From: a virus
IMG/VR virus record: IMGVR_UViG_3300045977_000216
Coordinates: 5,638-69,637 of that record
Direction: 5' to 3' (one strand)
Length of the DNA stretch: 64,000 nucleotides
Shown here: in pieces, positions 17,569-28,260 of the stretch
How the letters are laid out: each line of letters starts with the position of its first letter
Position numbering within the stretch: position 1 is the first letter of the stretch
Position numbers and translations under genes: made by a program
The notes under the pieces: generated by a model
Told to the model about the DNA's origin: nothing
Databases searched by the model: none
What the model saw: the letters and a program-made list of their open reading frames with translations, nothing else

Positions 17569-20316
17569 ATGGTTTTCAAGAGCGAGGCCGTCAAGAACTT
17601 TCTATCTGCGAGGACCCACGCGGACCTGGCTAGCTCTTACGATCTATGTATGGAGGTCCAGGTCAACGTCTCCAGAGACGGGGGACAGCGAGTTGACAAC
17701 GAGTTCAAGGGTCGTCAGTGGAACGCCTGGACGGACGGGTTCCAAACTTGGTACCCGTTCCGGATACCGCGGAACGCCAACTCGGAGCCGGAGAACAACG
17801 ATTCTGAGATCAAGTTCGACCTGGACCAGCACGCCGAGGGGATCGGCATGACCGGCTGGGACTGGCTTCGCAGGAGCAGCAAGTGGGTCGCCTTCGACTT
17901 CGACGGGATGACGGGCCACAGCACCAAGCACGAGCGAAAGCTCACCGAGGCAGAGCTCCAGGACGTTCAGAAGGCGGTCGCCGACATCCCGTGGGTCACG
18001 CTCCGGAGGTCAACTTCCGGCAAGGGACTGCACGTGTACGTTTACCTCGATCCAGTCGAGACGAGGAACCACACGGAGCATGCAGCCCTCGCTCGTGCGA
18101 TCCTAGGCACCATGTGTGCAGTGACCGGCTTCGACTTCGGGGGCAAGGTCGACATCTGCGGCGGTAACATGTGGGTGTGGCACAGGAAGATGGTCGGCAC
18201 GAACGGTCTGGAGCTCCTGAAATCAGGAACTGTGCTCACTGAGATCCCAGCCAACTGGAGAGACCACACCAAGGTCGTGTCCGGACGCAGGAAGAAGAAC
18301 CTCCCAGCCTTCATCGACGAGACCAAGATGACGGAGGCCGAGAAGCTCTTCATGGAGCTGACCAGCCAGCGTCCGGCCACGCCCCTCGATGAAGGACACA
18401 AGAGGCTGATTGCGTGGCTCACTGAAAATAACTGCCAGTGGTGGTGGGACCAGGACCACCACATGCTCGTGACGCACACATTCCACCTGAAGGAGGCCCA
18501 TGACGCCCTCTCGCTCAGGGGCATCTTCAAGACCCTGGCGACTGGAACTGAGGCCGGCGTGGACCACAACTGCTTCGCGTTTCCGCTCAGGGGCGGAGCG
18601 TGGACCGTACGCAGGTATACGCCTGGCGTGGCCGAGGACTCATCGTGGGACCAGGACGGCTCCGGCTGGACGCGGTGCTACTACAACAGGGAGCCGGACC
18701 TGACCTCCGCTTCCAGAAGCAACGATGGCATCGAGCTGACGACCGGAGGCTTCTCCTTCAGGCACGCGGAGCTCGCCGTCAAGACGACCGAGGCCTTGGG
18801 AGTCACCGTAAAATTACCGACCTGGGCGATGGGTCAAAGCGCCACACTGAAGCAGCATAAGGACGGTCGCCTAATCATGGAGGTCGAGGCAGACAAACGT
18901 GGCTTCTCGGACGGCATGGAGGGCTGGCTGCCGGACAAGGGGAAGTGGAAGCGGATACTCAACGCCCGCGTCACCGCTCCGGCGGAGGCCGAGGCGACCA
19001 ACTACGACGACCTCATACGTCACCTGGTCACGGAGACCGGCGGAGACTACGGGTGGGTGCTTAAGTCCGAACAGGACTGGCGAATCGAGCCGCTGGAGCA
19101 CGTGAAGATTGCTCTCAGGAGCATGGGGCACAAGCCGAGGGAGGTCGACGCGATCCTCGGTACGTCAGTATTCAGGTGCTGGACAGTGGTCAACAAGCCA
19201 TTTCAGCCAGAGTATGGACTGGATCGCAGGTGGAACAGGGGAGCGGCACAGCTCCGGTTCTTCCCGACGGAGAACAGAGACAATCTGAAGTACCCAACCT
19301 GGCTGTCCATCCTGGAGCACTGCGGTATGGGCCTGGACGAGGCTGTCCTCAATCACGAGTGGTGCAAAGCCAACGGCATCCTCAAGGGGGCAGATTACCT
19401 GAAGGTCTGGATCGCCTCCCTGCTCAAGGAGCCACTGGAGCCACTGCCCTATCTATTTTTCTATGGGCCGCAGGGCACCGGCAAGTCCATCTTCCACGAG
19501 TCTCTGGAGCTCCTCCTGACGCACGGGTGCGTGAGGGCGGACAACGCACTGATTTCACAATCAGGATTCAACGGGGAGCTGGAGCACGCCGTACTCTGCG
19601 TCATCGAGGAGACGGACCTGAGGAAGAACAAGACGGCCTACAACAGGATCAAGGATTGGGTCACGTCCCCGCTCCTGCCGATCCACAGGAAGCAGAGGAC
19701 GCCGTATACCGTCCGTAATTGCACTCACTGGATCCAGTGTGCCAACGACTACTTATACTGTCCGGTGTTCAGCGGAGACACCAGGATTACCATGCTGTAC
19801 GTCGCCCCGCTCTCGAAGGCCGTTCCCAAGAAGCAGTTGTTTCCAATCCTGGAGAAGGAGGCACCAGATTTCCTCGCCGAGTTACTGAACCTCGAGCTTC
19901 CGCCGACCACAGACAGGCTCAACATTCCTATAGTCGTGACGAGCGAGAAGCTGCACGCCGAGAAGAGCAACCAGACGCTCCTCGAATTATTCCTGGAGGA
20001 GCGGTGCCACTGCGTGACGGGGCACGTTATTAGGTTCGCAGAGTTTTATGAAGCGTTCAGGGAGTGGGTCGACCCTTCAGAGGCTGCCTACTGGACCAAG
20101 GTCCGCGTCGGCAGGGAGCTGCCACCTCAGTACGTCAGGGGCAGGCTCCCACAAACCGGCAGTCACTTCATCGCCAACATATCGTGGGCGGCGTTCCGCC
20201 CGGGCGACGAAGTACTCCCCAAGATCACGGTCAAGGGAGAGTTCCTGCACGGAGTCGACTACGAGAGGTTCAGGGACTACGTTTTAGGAAAGGATGGAAA
20301 CTCTTGCTTACCTTAG
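17569..20316 (+). CDS. primase-polymerase (AEP) fused to an SF3/D5-like helicase
   Basis: AEP motifs FDFD and STSGKGLHVY. Walker A GPQGTGKS, Walker B-like VIEE, then KDWVT, CAND and DTR. Confidence 0.85.
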   Translation: MVFKSEAVKNFLSARTHADLASSYDLCMEVQVNVSRDGGQRVDNEFKGRQWNAWTDGFQTWYPFRIPRNANSEPENNDSEIKFDLDQHAEGIGMTGWDWLRRSSKWVAFDFDGMTGHSTKHERKLTEAELQDVQKAVADIPWVTLRRSTSGKGLHVYVYLDPVETRNHTEHAALARAILGTMCAVTGFDFGGKVDICGGNMWVWHRKMVGTNGLELLKSGTVLTEIPANWRDHTKVVSGRRKKNLPAFIDETKMTEAEKLFMELTSQRPATPLDEGHKRLIAWLTENNCQWWWDQDHHMLVTHTFHLKEAHDALSLRGIFKTLATGTEAGVDHNCFAFPLRGGAWTVRRYTPGVAEDSSWDQDGSGWTRCYYNREPDLTSASRSNDGIELTTGGFSFRHAELAVKTTEALGVTVKLPTWAMGQSATLKQHKDGRLIMEVEADKRGFSDGMEGWLPDKGKWKRILNARVTAPAEAEATNYDDLIRHLVTETGGDYGWVLKSEQDWRIEPLEHVKIALRSMGHKPREVDAILGTSVFRCWTVVNKPFQPEYGLDRRWNRGAAQLRFFPTENRDNLKYPTWLSILEHCGMGLDEAVLNHEWCKANGILKGADYLKVWIASLLKEPLEPLPYLFFYGPQGTGKSIFHESLELLLTHGCVRADNALISQSGFNGELEHAVLCVIEETDLRKNKTAYNRIKDWVTSPLLPIHRKQRTPYTVRNCTHWIQCANDYLYCPVFSGDTRITMLYVAPLSKAVPKKQLFPILEKEAPDFLAELLNLELPPTTDRLNIPIVVTSEKLHAEKSNQTLLELFLEERCHCVTGHVIRFAEFYEAFREWVDPSEAAYWTKVRVGRELPPQYVRGRLPQTGSHFIANISWAAFRPGDEVLPKITVKGEFLHGVDYERFRDYVLGKDGNSCLP

Positions 20317-20891
20317 CTTTTGGCCACCGGAGAAGGATGGGAAAGGACACCTGTGCCAAGTTTGCCGAGACGGAGCTCAGGATCGTGGAGCGGAACGTGA
20401 AGGTCCTGAGGCAAGGTTTCGCGAGCAAGCTCTACGACGTCTGCACGCAGCTCTACGGCTGGGCGGGGTTCAAGACCTACAACCACTACGACCAGTTTCC
20501 GGAGGAGAAGGAGGTCAAGCTCAAGGCCATAGGGAAGTCGCCGAGGGATGTACTGATCGAGGTCGGCAACAAAATCAGGGAGGTCCACTCCGAGACGTGG
20601 ATCAACCTCCTGCTCTCGCGAGCGAGGGACCTCGACGTCCTGCTCATCGGTGACCTCAGGTACCCCGACGAGATCACGAGCGTCAGGATGATCGGAGGGC
20701 TCTGCGTCAAGGTCGACCGCCCCAACGTGGAGCGGTTCAACGACGTCGCTGACCACAACCTTGACCAATACACCGAGTGGGACTTCATCATCCGAAACGA
20801 CGGCAACCTCCAGGACTTGTACATCAAGGTCCAGAGGCTCCTTCAAGTCGCCAGAGACAATCCCCCCAGAAGTACCAACATGGAGATCTGA
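20304..20891 (+). CDS. deoxynucleoside monophosphate kinase
   Basis: GHRRRMGKDT P-loop, FASKL, PRDVLIEVG, IGDLRYPDE and IRNDGNL. TTG start. Confidence 0.85.
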   Translation: MLTLAFGHRRRMGKDTCAKFAETELRIVERNVKVLRQGFASKLYDVCTQLYGWAGFKTYNHYDQFPEEKEVKLKAIGKSPRDVLIEVGNKIREVHSETWINLLLSRARDLDVLLIGDLRYPDEITSVRMIGGLCVKVDRPNVERFNDVADHNLDQYTEWDFIIRNDGNLQDLYIKVQRLLQVARDNPPRSTNMEI

Positions 20892-20893
20892 CC

Positions 20894-21778
20894 GTGAGCG
20901 AAGACCTGCTCGCCATGCTCTACAGCCTAGACGACACTCCCCAGAGCAGGGAGACGTACGTCAGGATGCCGTTCGGCTACCCCGGAAACAAAGCTGAGTC
21001 AGCAAAGTACATCCTGCCAAGGCTCCCGTACAGGAAGAAGTATGTGGAGCCGTTCGGCGGGACCGGTGCCATCCTCGCCCTCAGGAACCCATCGCCAATG
21101 GAGGTCTTCAACGACCGCCACGCGGGCGTAGTCGCCTTCTACCGCTGCTTACGAGAGCAGGCGAAGTGCGACGCCCTCGCAGACAGGCTCCGCCTGTTCC
21201 TCCACTCGCGGGAGGAGTTCATCTGGTGCAAGGAGACGTGGAAGAACTGCGAGGACGACGTGGAGCGTGCGGCCCGCTGGTACTACATGCACCAGATGAG
21301 CTTCGCGAACCAGGGAAGACACTACGGGAGGTCCCTCAAGAATCCGGAGCGTAGGATCAGAAGGGTCCTCGAGAACATTCCGAACTTCCAGTGGTTCCAC
21401 GACCGATTCCTGTACGTCAGCATCGAGAACCAGGACTGGAGGCAGTGCCTGGAGGACTTCGACAGTCAGGACACGGTGTACTACATGGACCCGACGTACC
21501 TGAACACGAACGCCTCGATCTACGAGCACGAGCTCTCGCGAGCTGACCACAAGGAGATGCTCGACAGAGTGTTCAAGCTGCACGGCTTCGTGGCCATGTC
21601 GCACTACGACCACGAGCTCTACAGGTCATACCCGTGGGACGCCAGGTACACGTGGAAGGTCAACGTGACGATGCTCGCACTGACATTTCAGGAAGAGAAC
21701 AAACTCAAGGGGCACGAGCACCTGCAGAGGACCGAGGCCCTGGAGGTCCTGTGGATCAAGGAGGCCAAATATGGGTAG
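20894..21778 (+). CDS. Dam/D12-class DNA adenine methyltransferase
   Basis: PFGYPGNK, YVEPFGGTGA, EVFND, catalytic DPTY (a DPPY variant) and EVLW. Confidence 0.88.
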   Translation: MSEDLLAMLYSLDDTPQSRETYVRMPFGYPGNKAESAKYILPRLPYRKKYVEPFGGTGAILALRNPSPMEVFNDRHAGVVAFYRCLREQAKCDALADRLRLFLHSREEFIWCKETWKNCEDDVERAARWYYMHQMSFANQGRHYGRSLKNPERRIRRVLENIPNFQWFHDRFLYVSIENQDWRQCLEDFDSQDTVYYMDPTYLNTNASIYEHELSRADHKEMLDRVFKLHGFVAMSHYDHELYRSYPWDARYTWKVNVTMLALTFQEENKLKGHEHLQRTEALEVLWIKEAKYG

Positions 21779-22376
21779 GTCGATGATCCACCTCAACGGA
21801 AACATGCTCTGTGCCGTGGACGTCGAGACCACTGGCGAGATTCCAGGCCACCACGACATGTGGCAAGTGTGCTTCCTGCCACTGAACGAGAAGCTCGAGC
21901 CGAGCAAGGAGGTGCTCCCGTTTTACATGGACCTCCTCATTAAGAGGCCGGAGAACGTCAACCTGGAGGCGATCAAGAACCAGCACAGGTTCATAGAGTC
22001 GCAGAAGGGTGGAGTCGACCCGTGGTTCGCAGCTGACCTCTTCGACGAGTGGTTTCAGAAGCTGAACCTCGGCTTCAGGAAGATGATCTCGCCCCTGGCC
22101 CAGAATTGGGTCTTTGACAGGGGCTTCGTCGCCGACTGGATGGGGAACGAGTCCTTCAACCAGTACGTGGACGCCCGCTACAGGGACACGATGGTCGCCG
22201 CCCTCTACCTGAACGACGCGGCCGACTTCGCGGTGGAGCAGACACCCTTCCCGAAGGTGAATCTCGCGTACCTGTGCTCCCAGCTGAAGATCGAGCACGA
22301 CAAGGCCCACGACGCCCTGGCGGACTGCGTAGTGACGGCGGAGATATACAGGAAGATGGTCATGAGGAGGTATTGA
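21771..22376 (+). CDS. DEDDh 3'-5' exonuclease (DnaQ-like)
   Basis: VDVETTG, N..FD and HDALAD. Confidence 0.9.
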   Translation: MGRSMIHLNGNMLCAVDVETTGEIPGHHDMWQVCFLPLNEKLEPSKEVLPFYMDLLIKRPENVNLEAIKNQHRFIESQKGGVDPWFAADLFDEWFQKLNLGFRKMISPLAQNWVFDRGFVADWMGNESFNQYVDARYRDTMVAALYLNDAADFAVEQTPFPKVNLAYLCSQLKIEHDKAHDALADCVVTAEIYRKMVMRRY

Positions 22377-22381
22377 CAATG

Positions 22382-23569
22382 CTACGGCCACTGCTCCCCG
22401 CCGAAGTAGTCCAGGGCCTTCTGGATGAGGGCGTCAGCGATGGCTGACGGGCTCGTGTCGCCCGTGAACGGCTGAGTGACGCCGAGCTCCCACGTATAGC
22501 CGGCGTTGGGGAGGGCTCCGGACACGCCGGCATTCGCCGCCGCCATGTCCTGGGCGGCCTCCCCATCATTCCACCTCGCCCAATTCACGCAGATTCTTGT
22601 GAGTCCGGCGGGGTCGTTGAAACCGCACACGTTGATGACGGGGAAGAAGAACGGTCCGCAGTACTCCGAAAAGCTCCAGTTCACAGCCGTGAAGTCCATG
22701 ATCGCGAGCTCCAGCTTGTAGCTGAAGGACTCGATCATGTGGTCTTCAAGCAGGTCCTGGTCCTGGGCCCTACTTCCAGGAGGATCAAAGCCAGCCGCCA
22801 CGTTGTCAAGCGGACCATACGGAACCCAATAGTCGCCGTTCTCAGGATCAGGAAGCTGCGAATGGATGATTATGACAATCAGCGGACAGCCAGTGAAGTT
22901 TCGTCCAGACCCTCCCTGGTTGAACATATGCTGGTCCACGTCAGCGTGAGCCCAGCTCTCGAACTCCTGGAGCTTGGTCTGCGAGAGCGTGAGGTACAGC
23001 GTGTAGATCTCACCGCCCACGTACTCGTCGACTTCGGCCTTTGGCGTATAGATTTGAGCCGGCGTGTGCAGCTGACCTCCCAGGAAACTGGTCGGAGCCT
23101 TCATGAGTACCGGAGTCACCCTGTACTGAGCGAGGGCACTGTCCAGGAGGTTGAGGATATGCTGCGTGAACAGGTATCCGTAATCTGACGGGCTGGGTAT
23201 GGAGGCCTTCCACCCGTGCAGGAAGATGTCGCCGGCCAAAATGAACGGGTGGTCCGGGCCGAACTCGGTTGGGTCCGGAGCCGTGAACTCTCCGTCCAGG
23301 CGAGGGAAGGAAGCTCCGCAGATCACCCTGAACACCCTTGGTCGCCGAATCAGGAAGTTCTTCCTGGCGAACCAGTTGGTGCCGACCTTTGACTCCACTG
23401 TATTGAAGGCCTCGCTCAGGAGCCCGTGCTCATCCGCGACGTCCTTGTAGTAGATGTGCCACTTGCTCCTGCCCTCCGATCGCAGGAGCAGGCCGACGTC
23501 TGCCGGAACCGTCCTGCAGATCGTCTTTGGCTTGCACGGCCTGATGTTCAGCTGCGTGTAGACGCTCAC
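22382..23569 (-). CDS. hypothetical protein, probably virion or tail-tip
   Basis: 395 aa, last gene of the late operon. No motif recognised. Confidence 0.5.
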   Translation of the reverse strand: MSVYTQLNIRPCKPKTICRTVPADVGLLLRSEGRSKWHIYYKDVADEHGLLSEAFNTVESKVGTNWFARKNFLIRRPRVFRVICGASFPRLDGEFTAPDPTEFGPDHPFILAGDIFLHGWKASIPSPSDYGYLFTQHILNLLDSALAQYRVTPVLMKAPTSFLGGQLHTPAQIYTPKAEVDEYVGGEIYTLYLTLSQTKLQEFESWAHADVDQHMFNQGGSGRNFTGCPLIVIIIHSQLPDPENGDYWVPYGPLDNVAAGFDPPGSRAQDQDLLEDHMIESFSYKLELAIMDFTAVNWSFSEYCGPFFFPVINVCGFNDPAGLTRICVNWARWNDGEAAQDMAAANAGVSGALPNAGYTWELGVTQPFTGDTSPSAIADALIQKALDYFGGEQWP

Positions 23570-23703
23570 CGCTTCTTCCTCTTGAAGTACTCGACCTGCC
23601 TCAGTCGCTTTCTTGCTTGCCGCTTGCTCTTGTACGGGCCTCCGAGGTTCTTGCCCCTCTTCGACCTGACTGAGTAGCCACCCTTGACCTTTCTGATGAC
23701 CAT
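23566..23703 (-). CDS. small basic phage protein (45 aa)
   Basis: Hand translation MVIRKVKGGYSVRSKRGKNLGGPYKSKRQARKRLRQVEYFKRKKR. GGAGG RBS, coupled to the next gene. Confidence 0.6.
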   Translation of the reverse strand: MVIRKVKGGYSVRSKRGKNLGGPYKSKRQARKRLRQVEYFKRKKR

Positions 23704-23704
23704 G

Positions 23705-23959
23705 TCACTTCCCTCCTACGGTACATTCTTGACACACCAGCAGTGTGACCTCCTTCTGGAAGTAGGCGCATGCCCAGGTCGCCCTGACCTTACCGCACGG
23801 GAGCTCGCAGAAAGTCGCCGCCCTGTACTTGCACGGACCTGGAGCGGGGTGAAAGACGTTCGGCTCAGCCGCATCCCTCACGTAGCCAGCCACCTCAGTC
23901 GGGACGCCTCCCCTAGAGGGAAAGACCACGTCCCCGTTTGGCATTAGCCTGTACCGCAC
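23705..23959 (-). CDS. small Cys-rich protein
   Basis: 84 aa with six Cys. Confidence 0.5.
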   Translation of the reverse strand: MRYRLMPNGDVVFPSRGGVPTEVAGYVRDAAEPNVFHPAPGPCKYRAATFCELPCGKVRATWACAYFQKEVTLLVCQECTVGGK

Positions 23960-24109
23960 GGTCGTGCTTCTCCACCTGCTTGATCGCGAAAGCAGCGACC
24001 AGTATGAAGTACTGCCTCGTCCCAGCCGCCTCCTGGAGGAGGTGCGAGAAGTTACCGAGGTCGTCCTTCTCCTGGAGCTGTCCGTAGGCCTCCTTGATCT
24101 GCTCGATAA

Positions 24110-26797
24110 TTACATCCATACTGGCACCTGTATGTAGTACTCGACCTCTCCGGTGAAGGTGTCCTCGCCGGAGTTCATCGACGCTCCCCTGACCACTCTT
24201 GAGATCAGGCACCACGTTCCAACCGGTATCTGCTCCGACCCGTCGATCTGAAGCTGCTTCACGTTCTCGATCTGGATCTTCGCCGCGTTTAGTCCGTCTG
24301 GGTAGAAGTCTGCCGTATACGTCTTGCCGGAGCCTCCGGTGATCATGCCCGGGGCGGTCACGGACCGCAGGTAGCCGGTAAACGGAGACCTCTGGTCTGG
24401 GTCGTAGTCCTTATACTCGTACTGGAAGTTAGGGGGAGCTCCTGAGTCCGGGCCTGCCTGCTGGTCACTCGGAATACCCGCACCCTCATCCAGGGCCTGC
24501 TCGTCTGCCACGGGGTCTGGATCGGCCCTATCGTTGGTGTTCTTGAAGTCAGGACCGCTCCCACCAACGTCGCTCGTGGAGAGCCCCGTCGGAGCCGGCA
24601 TCTCCTCGCCAGGGAGCGGCGTCAGGTCGGTCACGGCCCCGTCGTTCGGGGTGCTGATCCCAGGGTCCGGGATGTTGGAGTCGATCACCTGGATGGTGAT
24701 GTTGGCTGGCCACGCGAACACGAACGGGGCCATGGTCCCGAGCAGGATCGGCGTCCAGAGCTCCAAGAACACAGTGTTGTCCGACGGGTCGTAGGTGCAG
24801 GTCTCCACGAGGGCCTTGAACGAGGCGTCCGCCGCCTGCTTCCCGACGAGGTCCACGAGCACCGTGTCGAAGGACTCGAGCTTGATGTTCTCCATGAACG
24901 TCTTGCAGCGAATCTTCTTCCACGTGTTCGCGTACCTGATGATCCAGAAAGTCGCCGCCTTGAGCACGTACTTCTTGTCGTTGTAGATGTAGAAGTCGTA
25001 CTCCTGCTCCTGCGATCCATACTTCTTCGTATTGTACCTGAGGATCAGCTTGTTCGGGTCCGGCCTGTAGTAGTTGGGCCTCCAGGTCGCTACGAGCTTC
25101 GTCACGAGCTCCTCTGTCTCGGTCGTGGTGAGCTCGAAGGACCCCTCCTCGATGCTCCCCTCGTCGAGCGTGGCGACGGAGGCGACCTCCTCAGGGAGGT
25201 ACTTGATGTAGACAGTCTCACCGACCACCCACAAAGCACACCTCGCTTGCCACGCCATGTCCTTGACAGCGTCGAGGACCTGCGGCCTGTCTAGGAAGGC
25301 GAAGTTACTCGGGTACTTCAGGAGCTTCGTCCTGACGTACGAGAAGGTCGCTGGGTCGCAGGTGAGGTCGGTGTACGTCTCGATGAGGTACTGTATTTGG
25401 TCGGCCGTGTTATTACCAACCTCGTCCTCGATGAAGGTCACGTAGACGTCGCCCTCCCACCCCTCGTCTGTGTTCGGAAGTGCGACCACCTTCCCGTCCG
25501 GCATCCTCTTGCCTACGGTTATCACCTTTGCCTTGATTGCACCGAAGTCCTTGTAGCTCTTGTCGATGATGTAGTCCTTCGGTATCCTCCTGAGCTTGCC
25601 GTTTCTGACTGCGTAGCATGCCCTGATTTCGCAATCGAGTAAATTGATGACGTACTGTATCTTGCTCGTCGACCTCCACACGAACTCAGTACCAGCCTCA
25701 ATATGGTGGAAGCCGAGCTTAGTGATCCTCTCACGCTGTACGCTATTCACGTCGATCGCGACAGACGGGATCGGCTGCTCCACGAGCATGTTGACACCAG
25801 GAGCACCAGGATGCTCGACGTAAGTGAAGTAGAACGTGCTGCCGTTGAAGAATCCCTGGGCATTGGTCCCCCTGAGTTGGACGGGGACGCTGACTCCCTG
25901 AGGGAAGTCACCCCTGGTCTGGATGTTGATCGACGGGTTCATCTTGGCCCGCTGTTGCCCACGCATGGAGGACAGGGCGGATGCCGTGAGGCCGACATTA
26001 GCCGCCTGCTGAAAGTACTGATTGGCCTGGTTAGTGAATTGCTCGTACAAGCTGTTCCACTGACTCTCCTCCTCATCACTGACGGAGTGGAAGTCTCTGA
26101 TGAAGGCGGCGTACCCAGCCGCGATCACCCAATACATAGCGAGCTCCTCCGTGGCTCCCTGGTTCCCCAGCGTGAGGCCGATCTGTGGAGCCAGGCTGGG
26201 GTCCTCGACCCCGTACTCTGCGTCAATGGCCGCGGTCACATTGCTCGGGATGTTATTGAGGGCAAGGGCTGGAACCTTGACGCACTTCCCGAACCCAAGT
26301 GGCCACGGTTTCCCGATCAGGCTGTCGGGAATGTTCTTGTACTGGCCCTCCTCAACCGAGAACCCGATCTCCTGATCCTCGACCTTCGTCACGACGTCGA
26401 ACGAAAGCGTACGCTCACGCTCGCTCCACACGAGCGGGCTCGAGATGTAGCCGATGAAGAGCAGTATCTTCTCGGAGAGCGGGAGTCCGCCAAACCACTG
26501 ATAGACCTTCACCCTACGCTTGTGTATGTCGCACTGGTTGAAGATCTCCTTGATCGTTCCGTCAGTGTCCGTGAGGGTGACGCTAAGCGTAGCGGAGGTG
26601 CTGTTCTTCTGAATGTCGAGGACGCTCTCGAGCTCCCCAAGCGACAGGATGCGTCCCTCGATACCCTCCACGCTCTTGTCGCAGTACATCGTCGAGTTAG
26701 GGGAGTCGACGTGCCAGAAGATCTCCAGGAGCACGAGGGGCTCCAAGCCCTTTTTGTTCTGGAGGAGAGACAAGGTCGCCGGAGAGATCGGATGCAT
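24110..26797 (-). CDS. tail tip / baseplate hub protein
   Basis: 895 aa, three genes downstream of the tape measure. PLGFG..KVP and N.AD.I.YL segments are typical of siphovirus hub/Tal proteins. Confidence 0.65.
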   Translation of the reverse strand: MHPISPATLSLLQNKKGLEPLVLLEIFWHVDSPNSTMYCDKSVEGIEGRILSLGELESVLDIQKNSTSATLSVTLTDTDGTIKEIFNQCDIHKRRVKVYQWFGGLPLSEKILLFIGYISSPLVWSERERTLSFDVVTKVEDQEIGFSVEEGQYKNIPDSLIGKPWPLGFGKCVKVPALALNNIPSNVTAAIDAEYGVEDPSLAPQIGLTLGNQGATEELAMYWVIAAGYAAFIRDFHSVSDEEESQWNSLYEQFTNQANQYFQQAANVGLTASALSSMRGQQRAKMNPSINIQTRGDFPQGVSVPVQLRGTNAQGFFNGSTFYFTYVEHPGAPGVNMLVEQPIPSVAIDVNSVQRERITKLGFHHIEAGTEFVWRSTSKIQYVINLLDCEIRACYAVRNGKLRRIPKDYIIDKSYKDFGAIKAKVITVGKRMPDGKVVALPNTDEGWEGDVYVTFIEDEVGNNTADQIQYLIETYTDLTCDPATFSYVRTKLLKYPSNFAFLDRPQVLDAVKDMAWQARCALWVVGETVYIKYLPEEVASVATLDEGSIEEGSFELTTTETEELVTKLVATWRPNYYRPDPNKLILRYNTKKYGSQEQEYDFYIYNDKKYVLKAATFWIIRYANTWKKIRCKTFMENIKLESFDTVLVDLVGKQAADASFKALVETCTYDPSDNTVFLELWTPILLGTMAPFVFAWPANITIQVIDSNIPDPGISTPNDGAVTDLTPLPGEEMPAPTGLSTSDVGGSGPDFKNTNDRADPDPVADEQALDEGAGIPSDQQAGPDSGAPPNFQYEYKDYDPDQRSPFTGYLRSVTAPGMITGGSGKTYTADFYPDGLNAAKIQIENVKQLQIDGSEQIPVGTWCLISRVVRGASMNSGEDTFTGEVEYYIQVPVWM

Positions 26798-27681
26798 TAG
26801 GTCATGACTCCTTCGAACTCGAACGACAGATTGAACCCGCTCCTAGTTCCCTGGATGATCTCAGACTCCGGAGTGGTCACGAAACCGACCCACCCGATCC
26901 CCTGGTGATCGACGATGGATATGTCCTTGCCGACGGAGTGCGAGAAGAAGTAGGCTGCATCCTTGACCTGCTTCTCCGTCAGGTGCTCGAAGTCAAATGC
27001 AAGTCTCTGGAATTTTGGCCAGATCGGGTCCCTGTAAACGTCGAGTTCATTGCCGGAGGTCCTCCTGCTGATCCTGGAGTAGTGCATCCTCTCGGCATTC
27101 TGGAACACCGGTCGCCTAAGGCTGATCTCAAAACCCTGGTAGGTCAGCGTCATCTCGCCTGGATTGCTGGTGAGCGGTATCGGCTGAAGGATGAGGTCGT
27201 CATCGTACTTGTAACCTACGGCACTCGACTTAAGAACAAGCTGAAGATTCCTCGTCCTGCTGAACCTGACAACCAGTTGCACGGTGCTCGACAAAGCCAG
27301 CTGCGACTTGGTGCCCTTCGTCCTGTGGGCGACCACCGTCTGGTTAAGAGTCAGTCCCTGCTGCAGGAGAAACGTGTTCTTAGTCAGCGTCTGCCAGCAG
27401 AAGAACGCCTGCACGACCGACCTATCGAAGACTCTGTTACCACGTTGGCCGAGGTACAGACCGTCGAGGACGGATCGCGAGAGCGTTTTCTTGGCAGACG
27501 CTGACTGAGAGAACACGACCTGCGAGGGCGGCAGGAACCGTCTGATTCCAGAAGCAGCGTGAAACGGCTGAAAGAGCGTGACGGGATTTCCGTGGTGGAC
27601 GATCCCTCCCGTGCCAGTGACCCGCTTGAGGTCCTGGTGGAAGATGATCGCTTCAGAAACCCAGATCTCGAAGATCATCAC
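26797..27681 (-). CDS. minor (distal-tail-like) tail protein
   Basis: Position. The C-terminal RRP...RRTSG..Y......L.F.F...W.G domain is shared with 39911-41152. Confidence 0.55.
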   Translation of the reverse strand: MMIFEIWVSEAIIFHQDLKRVTGTGGIVHHGNPVTLFQPFHAASGIRRFLPPSQVVFSQSASAKKTLSRSVLDGLYLGQRGNRVFDRSVVQAFFCWQTLTKNTFLLQQGLTLNQTVVAHRTKGTKSQLALSSTVQLVVRFSRTRNLQLVLKSSAVGYKYDDDLILQPIPLTSNPGEMTLTYQGFEISLRRPVFQNAERMHYSRISRRTSGNELDVYRDPIWPKFQRLAFDFEHLTEKQVKDAAYFFSHSVGKDISIVDHQGIGWVGFVTTPESEIIQGTRSGFNLSFEFEGVMT

Positions 27682-28250
27682 GCACTCACAGTGTAGGTCA
27701 CCTTCAGCTGGTCGCCGTTGGTAACGGCCACGTCGGCCGAGAACAGAGCAGTCGCCCAGAGCGTACCAGTCGTACCACCCTTGCCATTGGCGTTACCAGC
27801 CGTCGGGTCGCCAACGACGAACACACCCTTGACGGTGCCGGTGGCGTTGATGTCGAAGGTCGCCGGCGAGGCGTTGGTAGTCGACTGGCTGCTCGCGGCA
27901 CCAGGTCCCCAGGCCACTCGGTTAGCCTGCGTGTAGCTGGTGAACTCCTGCCAGCCGGAGTGGCTGGACATCGTGTCGCCAGCAGCCAGGGCCGTGAAGC
28001 CGGTCAGGTCGATCAGGCCGATGAACCAGTTCGCAGCCGGTATCTGCGTGGCTCCGAAAAACATCTCGTCGAGGATCTTGTTCTTCCCGACGTTGACGAT
28101 GCCGTTCGGCATGTCGTACAGGCCGATCAGTCTGGCACCTCGCCAATGCTCGATCTTCGGAAAGTGACCCTTGACCTGCATCAGGTCGGTGATGAGTCGC
28201 CTCCTCACGATCTGTAGACCGGTCGACTGACTGAGCTCGATCTCGTTCAT
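27678..28250 (-). CDS. minor tail / virion structural protein
   Basis: NGIVNVGKNKILD...FIGLI...Y...R.AW...F...GDQLKVTYT. Gly/Thr/Ala-rich, directly after the tape measure. Confidence 0.65.
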   Translation of the reverse strand: MNEIELSQSTGLQIVRRRLITDLMQVKGHFPKIEHWRGARLIGLYDMPNGIVNVGKNKILDEMFFGATQIPAANWFIGLIDLTGFTALAAGDTMSSHSGWQEFTSYTQANRVAWGPGAASSQSTTNASPATFDINATGTVKGVFVVGDPTAGNANGKGGTTGTLWATALFSADVAVTNGDQLKVTYTVSA

Positions 28251-28260
28251 TTGAGCCTCC

